This document shows, piece after piece, positions 34,830 through 47,790 of a DNA stretch of 64,000 nucleotides (its first letter is position 1; the number at the start of each line of letters is the position of its first letter). The DNA comes from Raillietiella orientalis (Eukaryota). Both the position numbers and the translations under genes were made by a program. Under the pieces are notes generated by a model. That model did not search any database and had not been told where the DNA came from. It saw only the letters and a list, made by a program, of their open reading frames with translations. The stretch is from NCBI GenBank assembly GCA_036172245.1, contig JAYWIR010000014.1, positions 3,162,001-3,226,000 on the forward strand, read 5' to 3'.

Positions 34830-37320
34830 GTCTGGCTGGAAGATGTCCCGCCTCCTCCTCCAGTAGCTCAGCGACTGGCTTCGGCTTCTATCCGGGCTGC
34901 CCTTCCCGACCCACGACGGGGTCTTGACCGGGTGGTCAGGGTGGCCTATCGGATCTTTTCCCATCCTTCCGTTTCCTCTTTCTGGTTGTGTGCCCTTTCC
35001 TGGTGCCTTCCCACATCGGGTGGGTACAAACGGCGCGCGCCGTGCGTCCCTCGGATAACGGGAAGGGTCAGTGTCTCCGTCCCTTCCACGGTTGATAAAG
35101 ATGTCCTGAATAGGGCCGGTGTGCAGGATGCCCGGCGCATTGGCGTAGACGGAGGCGACCCCCATCGGATCCAAAGAGAATGGGGGAAGGTCCTGGAGGG
35201 CTCAAGAGGGTCTGACGTCTCTCCACAAAGCAGCAGAGCACCTGCTGCTCCCTCACCATCATCCTCACACCTCGGCGACACAGAAGCGAAAAACCCAAGG
35301 ATCCGTTCTCTGCTCTCGTCTTTGAGTGCCTCTTTGGCCTTCTTCCCACCATTCCGCTGCGCCATCGACCGCTCTCCCAGTACCAGAGAGAAAGAAACCT
35401 AGGCAAGATAGGGATAAACTCAGTGCGTTCTTCCTTGGACGCTGCATCGGAGGATTGTTTTCTTCCCTTCGCCAGCTGCAGGCAGCCTCCACAGCAGAGT
35501 GCTCCGCTCTTGCGCCCTCCGAGACCCATGGGTCCACTCTGTCCGTTTTCTTCCGCAGGCTTCATCGAACTACCTCCCTAAAGCATCCCGCGGACTAATG
35601 CGCGTTGAGCACTGTGTCCATAGGCCACGCGCGCACAGACAGACCCCTTGACTCCCGCTGAGGTAGGCAGAAAGAGACGACGCCTTCCAGTTTCTCCCCA
35701 TCCTCCTCCAGTCTTTTGAGGACCCGCGAACGCGGCATTTGCGATCTGGACAAAGAAAGGAAGCGGCGCCTTAAGGCTCTTGCAGGTCAGCCAGACACCA
35801 GCAAGAGCGGACGGCACGCGCAGTGGCACTTATTCCTGTATGCCGGTGTTCCCCGAGCCCCTGACGACGAGAGCAATTATGGCGGCGTGCGAGTTTTCCG
35901 CCTCCTTGCGTAATCGATGGCGCGCGCGCCACCGTTAGAGCTCCCGCTAGCGTCTCAGAGTCTGTAGGGAGGAGAGGCACAGAGAGGAGGGGAACTGGAG
36001 GAGTCCTACCGTCTGAAGCGACTTCTCTTCTGCCGCTGCGCCTTTTTTGCTTCCCGCTCTTCTTTTCTCCCCCTCTCCGTGGAGAGAGGATGCCGCATCT
36101 GGAAAAAACCATGAGGAGGAGGGGGACGCACAACACACGCGCGGGTTTGTCCTTTCCTCGTCCCTCATCTGCTCAGTTTACGGAAGAGAGGGGGAAGCAC
36201 CGAACATCTGTGAAAACGGAAGCGGAAGAGAGACGGGGGAAGGGGAGAAGAGGCCGTGCTCTTCATCGACATTCTCCGGAGTGTGCGGCAGCGGGGGTCG
36301 CGCCGGCGGCGAGCAATAGAGAGCACAGAAGGCACCGCCCGTTACTAAGAAGCGTCATCACCTCCTCTTCCGGGGAAAAGGAAGAGAAGGGAGGAGAGAA
36401 GGAAGAAGAGAGGCAGGTCCGCATTCCAGGTGCGCTCCGACAGCAGCCACGAGTGGTGCGGCCAGCGGATTAACGGATGCGAGCGGCCGACCTTGCTGTA
36501 GAATGAGAGGAGAAGGAGCCATCCGACGCTGGGAGAAGCAGAGAGCCTCAGTTCCGTTTTCACCCATCTTGTTTGATGCTTCTGCTGGCTCTATCTCCCG
36601 GTCCATCCTTCCTTCCAGTGCCTTCACAGTCCTATTTGCCTGTTTTTCAGACGAGCGGGAAGCTCCATCACCTCCTCTTTCGGTAGGCAGGAAGGGAGGA
36701 GAAGGACCCAAGCCCTCAGAAGGCCTCTCGCATCTTCCAGATCTCCTCAAGAGTCTCTTCCTTCCCCTAGAAAGATCCCTATCTCCTTGAGGGGTGCTGA
36801 GAGGAACCAGCATGCCAAGCGTCTACTCGCCCGGTCTCCCTAGTCAGAGAGGACTGGAAAGACAGAGCTCTTGGAAAGAGGGTCTCCTCCCCTTCCACGG
36901 ACGGGAAAACGGTAGGAGAGGCTACATTCCCCGAACATGATCCGCAGCTAGAGGATGCAGCCTGCAAGGACGAGCCTTCTCCGGAGAGACCGGGTTCGAG
37001 GTCGTGGTCAGGAGAGATCAGAGTCTCTGAGCCACACCTTCTGGAATCCCATCTCTGTTCTCGATTCTCCTCCCTTCGTCTTGGATGATGGCTAGTCAGC
37101 AACAAGCAGCGCGCTCCTGAGAGCTGCTGTCATCTCAATGAGGGACCCGTGGAGACGCATGGAGGAGGAAGAATGGGAAGAGAGAACCGAGAAGTCCCTC
37201 TCACTCCTCCTCTCCCTTCAGTCTCGCTCACCTCTATGGAGCCAAGTGTGAGAGACACCAAACCACACCAAGAGATATCCCGCTCCCACGTCGCCATGGA
37301 AGCGGGATGCTGATTCTCAG
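34830..37320 (-). mobile_element. Decayed RTE-like LINE (APE then RT), interrupted
   Basis: FHGDVG, DSRRCGS..ISPDHDL (~DVR..RGA..SDH.L), LRKKTDRVDP (~KK.D..DP.NYR), EALKDESRERI..GV (~KAFD.V.R..LW..GV), GIL-PALF-IFIN (~QG.ILSP.LF.IFIN), LYPPDV (~LYADDV), GH..HPVKT. Confidence 0.55.
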
Positions 37321-37639
37321 ACCAGCGTGCTTTCCAGCTCGCCTCTCACTGAAGAAAACAGAACTCCAGAACCGTTCCTCTCCCCAACTTTGCCTTCCCT
37401 CCCCTCACGTAAGAAATGCTGAAATGCATCCCCAAAAACGCACCCCCACCTTCTCAGCCGAAAGCACGCAGGTCGACCAGCAGCCTTCTGCCCTCAGGTG
37501 AGCCCAACCTCGCCACCCGGGGCAGAGAAGGGGCACGGGCTCATAACACATCTCCTTCATCTTTTGCTCTCTTCTCCGTTCTCCCGTCGTGCCCCTCCCT
37601 TCTCTCCTCCTCTCCCTCCGGGTACGTTTCCTTCAGGGC

Positions 37640-38700
37640 TTGAGGGACTTCCTTTCTCTGGAAAAAAAGAGGAATTTTCCTCCTCGCTTCCTTCTTCCCT
37701 TACCATTCTCCTTGCCCATTCTCTCCTGAGAAATGGACAGCACTGCTCTGCACAAACAAACCAATCCTCGTCGAAGATTTCCATCTGAAGACACAGGAAA
37801 CACCCTCATTTCCAGGAAAGCTGCCTCTCTTTAGGGCTTCGTTTTCTACCCCTTAGGACTTTTCCCCTTCCCCCTTCCGATCGTTTTCTCCCAGGCAAAA
37901 GGAGAGAGGAAGGCAGAGCCCTGAGGGTAGCTCCGGAAAAGAATACTGGGAACTTCCCGTTAAGCGAGGGGACGGGAAGAAGGGAATGTGGTTCCTTTTA
38001 GCTTTCCCTTTCTTTGCCAATGCTGCAGCAGAGAGGAGCAGAGACGTTGTCACGATCTTCATCCTACTTCCTACTTCTGCCCTCTATTCATCCTGTTCCC
38101 TCTTTTTGCTGATGAAGAAAAGGTCATCACGGCCTTTTGGACCCCCGGATCTCTCCTGGGCTGAAACCTTCCCAGGAGCCCACTAGAGAGAGAATTTTCC
38201 CCTGCGGGAGACACCCGCCCACTTTCCCCTCTTTCCCCGAGTAAGGAAAGAGGAGGGGAAGGGAAGGAGAGGAAACGAAAGAGGGGAGTGGAGAGGGAAT
38301 TCCCCAAGGGAGGCGCCCGCCCTCCCGCTGACAGGAGGAGTGCCCCTTCTCTCGAGGTTTCATTTCCCTTCCGCCTCCCGTTGCATCTCTTCCTTTTCTG
38401 TCGGGAATAGGAAGAGAGACCATGGGGCCTGAGGGAAAGAGGGGCTTCAGGGAAGCAGGGAACAGTACTCACTGTGATTTCACTTTGGGGGATGCTTAAG
38501 AGTAAGTTGGAGAAGGAAAAGCGAGATATTTCGCCCTCCACCTGCTCCCTTTTGTTCCCTTCCCTCTACCTTCACTTTTTGCTGAAGGAAGGAAGGTCTT
38601 ACCTTCCAGGATCACTCTCTCCACATTCCTCCTCCCCTTCATGGCTTTCATTGGCAACCGGAAGATTTCCCTCTCCATTTAGATTGCCAATCTCAGTATC
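37640..38700 (-). mobile_element. Decayed pogo-superfamily transposase (HTH plus DDE_1)
   Basis: PLSLRPHGLS (~P.LSLR.PE..S), VQK...AKRG, IVT...SAA, GSFPG (~GAPPG), EIFDEDWF (~EIF..WF). Confidence 0.5.
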
Positions 38701-39039
38701 AGGCCGGAATCTTCCCGATCCCCTCCAGGATGGGTAGCGACCAAGGTGAACGGCAGACAGAGGACCCAGGTGAGCCACTGCTGCCCCCTTCGGTGGAATC
38801 CCCCTGACTGCGAGCGCACCCAAAGGAGTCCTCCCTTGCTCCCCTCCCCGGAAAAGATAGAAAAAGACAAACAAACCTTTTCTTTTCGAAAGAGGAGGGG
38901 ATAAGGGAGGAGGGAGGGAGGGAAGGAGCGCAATGGATAGGGAGAGCTCACGCATCTCCCTCCTTCCCCTCCATGCTGCTGCTTCCGGAAGGGGGCGGTG
39001 CAACTCGGCTTCGAAAGGGCCACCAACCTGTACCCTGTA

Positions 39040-39800
39040 CAACCACCAACCTGTACCCCCTCATCCGCTGCAAACGGAAGAGCAGCACATCCCAATCTCG
39101 TGCCAAACTCCAGAACTTTCCTGGGCAGTCACGGGGAGACGGCAGAGGAGGGAGTGGTCATCAAAAAGTGAAGGAAATGCGTATCCTGCCAAGGAAAGTT
39201 CTATTCGAGGAGGATGCACGCCACGAGTCCATGAGTCTTTTTTAGGAGCCGTTAGTACGTCCTAGAGACACAGCGTCTACTCAGGATCTGTACCCGGAAA
39301 AGAAGAAAAAGAAAGAGTTCGAGGTTTGGTGGCGGCAGCAGCAGCACTAAGTCGGCTGCATGCCCTTGCAGTAATATCAGCCAGGCTCCAGGAAGGGTAT
39401 TGACCCTTCCTTACCCATTCCTCCCTGGACTTCCGATTGTAAGTGCCGCGACCTCTTCGCATCTTGTGAACCACAGTGTGGAAGAGGTCTGCGGCGTCTT
39501 CGGCGCCGTCCATCGACCTACAGGGAAGGAACGGGGAAAGGATGCGAGGGTGCCAGCTTTCGGGAGCGGCGGAGAGAGAAGGGATAGAAAATAGAGGAAA
39601 TAGGGGAAGGAGAAAAGGAAGAATTTACGCATTTTCTCCTTTCTTCCCTGTGCCACTGCCTTCCTACACCTATGCCACAGTGAAAGGCGTCATAGCCCCC
39701 TGAACGAAGAATCCCGAAAAGGAAAAAAGGAAGTTAAGGGACATGGAGACCAGGGAAAAGGTGTTTTCTCGCGCCCCACCACACATCTATCTCATGGCCA
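39040..39800 (+). mobile_element. Decayed Penelope-like element fragment
   Basis: NLYPLIR (~N..HP.I.F), LRICT (~RICS), LTLPYPFLPGL (~LPY..GL), KGVI, ETREKVFSR...H. Confidence 0.45.
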
Positions 39801-40539
39801 TCGATCAGGGAACAGGGGAACGAAAAGAACTTTGCGTCTTCCAAAGAGGGAAAGGTGAATGAAGTAAGGAAAAGCAATCCAGTGGGAGGGAAGGAAAGGA
39901 CAGGGGAAGGGGAAGGGGAGTGTCCAGGCGTGTAAGGTATTCTGAGAGCACCCTTCTCACTTCCTGTTTTCTATCCTATCATACGCTATCCCTTTGCTTA
40001 CCACCGCCGCTACTCCGACTTTCGCCGTTCGTGCTTGCCGTTGTTGCCAGGCAACGGCATTGCGTACATTCGGTGGCCGCGGCTTGCCGCCGCTGGAAAG
40101 CTGCGCGAGCGCTTGTTTCTCCCTTCCACCGAAGGTGGCAGCGCGCGCGAGGCTGCTGTCGTTACGCAACCTCCGAAGCAGCGGCGGCCGCCCACCTGCA
40201 AGTGGCCTTTCTTCCGCAGGCTAAGGTAAGAGCAGACAGGTCGAAAGGGAGGACGAAACAGGAGGGAAAAGAGAAAATGGAGAGGGAAGAAGAGCAGGCG
40301 AAGGAAGAGAGGGAAGGGGGAGGATAGTTCTCATTCTGAAGAGGACTTCGAGCGCAATCCACGGCGGCGGCGAGGGGAAAGGGGGTTCCCGCCGGCCCGA
40401 CCCGTCCGCCCCGAAGCGTGTCCCGCGGGATGCGCCTCGGACGGATGAAAGCGCCTTCCGCTCTCCGGGTGTCCGCGGCTGTCAGAGCATTCGTCCCCTC
40501 GCCCCTCCGTATCGATCGTCAGCGGCCTCGGAGGGGTTA

Positions 40540-41720
40540 GCTAGAAAGCTCTCAGCTTGATACCACTAGCCATCAATGAGCTCTCGAGTTTCCGTAGGAA
40601 GTCCAATCAAAAGCTGTGTAATACGAATGCGTGTTTGACCAGGCTGTGATTTGTTACTGAGACCCGCAGCTTTCTCTCGAGCACCTCCCCGACTGATTAG
40701 GAAACGAGGCAAACGAGGGGAAAGAGGTTTTGGGGAGGAGGAGAAGGGGAAGAGGAGGCGGGCATTCCTGACATTCCGGACGCCGGGACGAGTGGAACAA
40801 ATATCCGGACAGTTCCGGGGCGCTCGGGGGAGAGGCCGTAATTGGTAAGCGACGGAGGAGGAGGAAGCCGACCCTCTGGTTTTTTTTTCGCGCGGATCGC
40901 GCGCTGGCTTTCGCACGAGCGTCAGAACCGAACCTCTTTATTGCGCAGCCATAGAGACGCCTCTCGTCACGGAGCGTTCCTTTTTTTTTTTTTTTTTTCC
41001 TTTTCTTTCTTAACTCCCAGGATGGCTTCTGGATTCTCCCGTAATTACTTATATAAACTGCAATCATATCCCGGACAGCTGCGAAGAACTTCAAATTGAT
41101 TTCCCTGTTGACTGCATGGGATTTCGGGAACGAGGAGCTCAATCAATAGCGAAAGTGTACCGCGACGGAAGTATAGAAAGAGAAGAAGAAAAAAACGAAT
41201 CATTTTTCTTCGAAAAATCGTATGTGTGTGTCCTCTGGATGCCGGCTAAGCTATCATCAAGCATGTGGGGAAGGAGAAAAATTCTCTTCTTACACCCCCA
41301 TCTCCTCCCTCTGCACTCCTTCGCCAAGCGCATATTGCTCCTCCAGTACGAGTTCGCGAGCAGACGTTTTCCAGACCAAGGATGCAGTTTGCACGAACGC
41401 AGTTGTGGCGGCGCGATAAAAATAATCGCGTGGCAACGATGCCTCCGCAACTGCGAGGCGGCAACAATGGTGCACACGGTTGCGAGGCAGCAACGACGAT
41501 AGCAGGAGGATGTGATGAGGCAACAATGGCCACATTGCGGGCGGGAAGCGCTTGCAGTCGCCATGTAACGGCCGTGTTCGTCGTGCAATCATACCTTCGC
41601 AAAAAATATCCAGGGATGACAACCTCGCCGGAGGACGGCCATCAGGCGATTCTGATCGAGGCAAGCGCAACGCTTTGTCATGCCCTCAAGCCGAGCAACC
41701 AGAACGAGAGAAACGAACGG
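40540..41720. promoter_or_regulatory. AT-richer island, candidate enhancer
   Basis: TAATTG and TAATTA, TCAATCAA, and GCAACAATGG twice (41461, 41520). No TE motif recognised. Confidence 0.35.
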
Positions 41721-44700
41721 CCACCAAGCAAAAGAAGGCGGCAAGCAGCGCCGACAGACTGCGGCGTCACCCCCTTCCCCGCCCCCTGAGCACTCATCCT
41801 CCCCTTTTGGACCTGAGAGGCCGTTTCTCTTCGAACCCGTCGCCGATCGCCATGCTTGGGGCTGCTGTGGATGGGAGGCGTTTCCCACTCTCAGGCGTCC
41901 CCAGACAGATGGAGGTGGTGGCGGACCGCTCAGCTCCTCTCTCCTTTCCTTACCCTCTCGCTTTCCCGTGCCTCCGCTCACTGGGCACGCCCTCCCGGGA
42001 GGAAGGAAGACACCGGAACGGATTGCGGACCGACTGCAGCCAGAGGCGCGCCGGATCGAGCCGTAGAGCGAATCCCTCTACCGAAGCCCACTGCTCTCTA
42101 CTCTTCGTCCGATTCCCGTGAATGGGATCGATAGATTTCCTCCACCGAATCCTTCATTTCTTCTTGCTTCGCGTGAGCCCGCAGCATTTCCTCGGCGGGC
42201 AGAGAAAGGAAAACCGGAAGAGGAAAAAAAGGCGAAGAATTCGCCCGTCACGCGAGAGGCCGTGCGAAATTCTTCCCGCTCGGCTTCGCAGATGGGTGCT
42301 TCCCTGCCCCCTCCCCTCCCTCCTTCTTAACGACTGCAATTTCAGACCATTTGAAACACACACACACACACACAAGCAGAGAGAGCCCCCTCCGGAAGAG
42401 GTCGATCTTAGGAATGCGTGATGGGAAGAGGGGAGAGAGGTGGAGGAAAAGGATAGGAAGAAGGAAAAAAAGTAGAGAACGAAGAACGCAAGATTTCCTT
42501 CTTCTGCTTCCCCTTCTGCAGCAGACAACCACGCCCCTTTCCGGATTCCGGGGTTCTTCCCCGCGAGCCGGCGGCGAAAGGGAAAACGGCAGGGGAACCG
42601 CGGGAGGTGTGACTGGCGAGGGTGGCAGTGGCGTCCGAGAGAGGGAGAGGGGAGGGGAGGGGAAAGGCAAGCAGCCCGCACATGCGTCCCCCTTTCGGAT
42701 CGCGCGCGCGCACCGCTGCCGCCGCCTCGCCGCAGCCGCTGCCGCTGCGAGAGGAGCAGAGGGGGAAGGGGAGGGAAGGGGCCTTCCCCACAATTCTGTC
42801 GAGGCCATTAGGCTCAGTCTTTCTTTCCGGATTTGGGAGGGAGAGCGGGTGCCGCCCGTAACCCCGTGGAGAAAAGGGAGAGGAAAAGACAGGGCGGGGG
42901 CGTGCGGAGGGGAACGCGCAGGTGCGCTTACGGGGAAGAGAGAGGGGGGAGGGAGAGGGAAAGCTGCTCGTAGACCCGTTTTTCTCAGTCGCGACCTGGT
43001 GCGCACCCTGGCGGACACCTTCGAATGAGCGCAGGAGAGGGCCGCTTGCGATAGTCCTGGGAGAATCGCGCCAACCAGGCCCATCCTGTTTCCTTTCCCG
43101 CCCCCTGCCTCCCTCTCCTCTTGGCGGATGCACGAGAGTGCGCAAGCGCAGGCGGGGAGGGGGGCTTCCGGGAAGAGAGCGGGTGAGTGGAGGAAAGCAG
43201 GAAACGAAAAGGGGAAGGAGCATCAGGGATCGCAGCCCATCCGTCCTCTCCACCCTTTCCTTTCCTCCGATGGTCAGGCGTACTGAGCATCGGCGACAGG
43301 GACCCACGGAAGAAAATCGGGAGAAGGAGACAAGGGAGGCATGTCAGAGGCAGAAGCATGGCAAGGACTGAAGCGGAAGGCGACCCTCTAGAAGTGGGAT
43401 GATCTCCCAATGACGCCTTCGAGAGGGCCCCTTCCCCATGCAGCAGCATCAAGCAAGGAACTGCTGCCGGCCTCAGAAGCAGCAGCAGCAGTGGCAGCGT
43501 CACGGCGACCTCGTGGGGCAGAGAAGAGAGCAAAGAAAAACAGGAAAAGGAGGTAGCAGAGTGGGAGAGGAAGAAAGGGAAGAAAAGGGGAAAGAGCGCA
43601 TCCATCGAAAGGCGGCGGCAGTTTTCAGGAGCCTCGAGCAAAAGGGCTGATCGTCTGTTCTCCGCAGACAGCGAGAGAGCCGGCCAAGACACTGTCAAGG
43701 TGGAGAATTCTTATCCCCTTGCTTCCCCCTCTTCTTCGATCCCACCAACTCAGTCGGCAACCACGTGGGAGGGTTACGAGGAGGAGGTGCTCTAGAGTCC
43801 GCTTCTCCTAGCATGGGGGCGGGAGAACACCTCCCTTCCCTCCCTCCTTTCCCCACTCCAATTCCTTCTCTTCCACGCACATCCAACGGGAGCGGACGGA
43901 GGCGGAAACGAACAAGCGAAGAGGAGAACGGGATGGCGAATGGTAAGGCCGAGAAGGACGGCGACGGCAACGAGAAAAAAAGCCCTCTCGACGGTGGCGT
44001 ACGGTCCTGGGAAAGGGGAAAGGGCAAAGTCACCAGCGTCCCTTCTTCAACAATTCGTGTGGAGCAAAAGGAGGATCCGTTTATTCCCTTCCTTCTTCTG
44101 TCGTGTTCGCATGGAAACTATGAGGAGGAAGGGGAAGGATCTGTGGCCCAGGCAAGACGGAGGAGGACGCTGACGACCTCCTCGAGACGACTTGGCGGAG
44201 GGAGGAGCACTCCCCAGAGACCCACTTCCTACAAGCTCGAGGGACTTTTTTCGCTCCCAGAAAGATGTAGGAACCGCGTGTTTCTCCGCGCGTGCTTTTT
44301 CGATCTTCCCTTCTCCTGCCTGCCCTTCCCATCCGTCTCCTTTTTCTCTCCGTCCTCTCTCCTATCCCTCCTCTTCTTGCCTCCTGGACTTTCCGCGAGC
44401 TCGGCACCTTCCGTGCATTCCGGGAACGGCAGCCACGTGCGGACCACAGGAGCAAATCCCTAGGCGTGGCGAATTCTCCGGACTTCCCGCACTTTCCAAA
44501 GAAGAAAAGGGGAGAGGAAAAGAAAGGGGTCCCCACCCACCCGAACAAAGACGTGGAGACGAGCCCCGTTTTTTTTTTTAAACCTTTCGGTAAGAGAATG
44601 AAGGAAGGGGGGGGGAGAGAGAGAGAGATAGCAGAGAGCGGCGTCCTCTTAGGAGGGTGCGGCTGGTGGCCCCTCACCAAACACCGGGAAGGCGGGGCTA

Positions 44701-45559
44701 GGACTCATCAAGAATCTGATTAGGGCGCTTTGCCCATTGGAGACCCGTGCCGTCCCGATTCCTGGACCAGGTCACCTTCTGACCCTCTCAGAAAGAGCGT
44801 CCTCGGCTACTTCACCGAGGGTTCGGTTTTTCTCCTGCCTTCCTTCGCAGACGGATTGGAAAGGGAAGTAGCAGGGAGAAGAACAGAAATGGGGCCTCTC
44901 CACCGGAAACGCTTCGGAAACAGACCCACGGGGCGCTCACGTGGCGGCCTGCCCCAGGTGGGGGGTCCCCCGAAAGCTCCGAGAGCCTTCAGTTCCTCGT
45001 CTTTCCTCTCGGTCGCTCTCGGAGGGAGAGGAAAGCTCGAGGAGACGGGCGGATGGGGAGCGGTCCCTTGCCCGGCATCATTCCCCCTCCAGAGCTCCCT
45101 CTCAGTTCTTCCTAGTCTGGTGCCGCTTTCCGCGTTGCAGAGCTCACGTCGGAGGTGCGCGCGCCTGGGGCCGCTCGCTCGCCTGCCGAACTCCTGCTGG
45201 GCCGCGTGACTTCCGAGCCGCTGTTGATCCCTCGGGCTACCACCGCTGACTCCGTGTCGCTACGGGGGACCTTTGGAGACGCATGGTCTCCAGGGAGCAG
45301 CGGTGATGCAAGACTGCGAGGGAGAAAGAGGGAGTCCCGGTGCTGAGGGCGGGCTGGGGAAGGGGCGTCGATTTAGCCTTCGCCTTTGCCCCGCTCGCTC
45401 TCTCTGACGGGTCCACCGCCAGGGCGTCCAACGGGGGATGGCGCTCCTAGAGGTTTCTCCTGACGGAGCGACTGAGCCGCGCTCCGAGTCGTGGGCTGGT
45501 CTCGCTCTCTAGGAAGTTCCCGCTTGCCCGGGAGTGGTTCGAGCGCTCATGGCTGGATA

Positions 45560-46110
45560 ACTCCGTCCCTGTCCCCCCTCACCCCCATCTCATCTTCGAC
45601 GGAGTCTGCGTTCGCAGCCCTCTGTGGCAGGTGAGCCCGTTCCTCGGAGGCATATGAAACATGTGAGGAGGGGGAGGGGAGGTGGGAAACAAGAGGAGCA
45701 GAAACAACGACAGGGGGGCCGGCTACATTTTCCTGCCTCACTTCCTACACCATGGTGACGGCAAACTTCGGGTGTTCCAGGGCTGCAGTCGCGGAAGAGG
45801 GGGACAAGGAGAGGAAAGAGTCGTCCGATTCGGACGAATCTTTTCCCACCCGCCTCTGGGTCTGGAGAGTGCCCCTCGGGGTGGGGAGGGAGGGGTAAGC
45901 CCGCCGCGAGAATGGCCTTGAGGATCGACAAAGGTGACGCCCACGTTCCTTGTGGCTTCACCGCGAATCCTGGCGGAGAGAGGCAGGGAGAGGATTGTGC
46001 TGCCTCTTCGCCACCCTCCCTGGTTGGGGCAGACCGACCCCACGCGACCTCAGACACCTCTGCGAGTTCCTCCCTCTCTTCACCCTGTTCCTCGGTCACC
46101 GTCTCCCGCC
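45560..46110 (+). mobile_element. Decayed BEL/Pao-like RT fragment
   Basis: YIFLPHF...KLRVFQGCS (~YLPH....KLRVVFD.S), then ALRIDK..FL (~ADI.KAFL). Confidence 0.45.
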
Positions 46111-46399
46111 GAGTAAAAAGGGTTCCCGCCTAAACGCTCCAGGAGGAGGAACCAGGGAGGGGATACCGTTTCTCAAAGGATGGGAGGGGGGAAAGGCGAG
46201 CAGGTGGCCCACGCGCAGAGTGCGGACTTGAGCAGATGGATCCAGGAAGGTTCCTGTCCTTGGCACCCGGCCCTCCCCATGCCTTCCTTCCCGCCGAGTT
46301 GGCACGGAAGCCATGAGACTCCACGCTGAGAGCCTCGCGGGATCCTCGCAGCTACCCGAAAGGACTCCTTCGCGGCAGGGCTTCTACTGGGGCTAATCG

Positions 46400-46720
46400 G
46401 GGATCAGGGCCCTGGGCAGAAAGTCTCCGAGAGCTGTTTGAACGAAGGATTTTCGCCCCTCCCTTCCCCGGTCCGTCCATCAGTCCGTCCGTCCGTCCCC
46501 TTGACCCCGATCTCAGTCGAGACGTTTCCGGCTCCAGATGGGTGCCAGAGTCCCTGTCTGACAAGCCTGCAAAGAGGAGGAAGGGGGGAAGGAAGGGAGA
46601 GATGACGGGCAGGCGATGGCCATGATATGTGTGGCCACTTCCCTTCCCCCAACTCTCATCCCCTGGAAAACGTCCGGGGAGAGCCACGTTGAGAAGCACT
46701 CCAAAAACCATCCCCTTCCC
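46400..46720 (-). mobile_element. Possible LINE RT relic (CR1/L2/Jockey-like)
   Basis: FSTWLS..FQGMRVGG (~FL..R.Q.V.V.G), then LFAG (~LFADD). Confidence 0.35.
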
Positions 46721-47479
46721 TGGACTCATCCCCTCGTTCCTCCTCCTCCCTCGTCATCCTTATGTTCTGCGTCTCGCTCCCCTCTTCGCTCCCCTCCCTT
46801 CCACCCAGAGCGCTCCCGTCGCACAAATATGGTTGTTCGGCGAGCAGGTGTCCGCTGCCGGTGCGCGCCGTGTCCGGTCGCGCCATCTTGGAAGAGGAAA
46901 GAAAAAAGACCCCGTTCTCCCGGGCTGTTGCGGAGCGGGGAGATCCGGTCCGGCAAGACCCGGTGGAAAGCAGGGAAGGAACAAAAAAAGGAAAGACAGA
47001 CGGAAGGGTGAAAGAAAGGAGGACTTCCGTAGAGCACCGCGGCTTCTGAAGTGCTGCCGTCGCTCTCCAAGGAGACCGCTGCCGGTGCAGGGAGTGAGCT
47101 GCCGGCGAGGCAGGAAGGGGGAGGAAGATCCTCCAGATCTCCTGGCCGCGAATGATTTGCTTCGAGCCTGAGATCGACCCAGTGAAATCTGTGGAGGCGG
47201 AGGTGGAGGAAAAAACCCACCCACCCACCCAGGTGAGAGAGATGGCGAGAAGCATCATTGCAAGGGGCGATTTTCCAAAATTAGATGCGAGTGCGCTAGT
47301 GCAAGTTGAGGCAACGGCTGCTGCGCGGTGATGAGGACGTGATGGGACGAGAGCGCGCACCTCCGAAGAAAGAAGGGAAAAAACACAAACACGCAAAAAA
47401 AAAAAAAAAAAAAGAGGCCTTGCACGATGCAGATCCCTTCCTCCTGGCACGACACAGGTTTCCTCTCCGCAGCGCGCCG

Positions 47480-47790
47480 TCATGGAAACGATTATTCATC
47501 TGAGGATGCCCCCTATTGATTTCGTTCCTCCCATTTGATGTTTTTTCTACCATCGGATGTTGTTTATCCGATCTTGATTTATTGGTCCGTGCCGTGTTTG
47601 CCCGAGCGTCCTCGTGAAACACCGAAGCCTCCGCTGTTTGCTCAGGGAATCGGCGGCGGCGGCGGCGGCGGAGGAGGAAGAGGCGGCGATGGTCGCCACT
47701 TGTCCCGGCATCTTGACGAAGAGATTTACAGGGAGTGCGCATAATTCTTACCGGCCTGTTGTTAACCGCCGTTGTCATTCTTTCTTTCTT
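47480..47790. promoter_or_regulatory. Candidate enhancer island
   Basis: TGATTTATTGG (Pbx-Hox type) at 47575-47585, with ATTGATTT, TGTTTAT and GTTAAC nearby. Confidence 0.35.
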
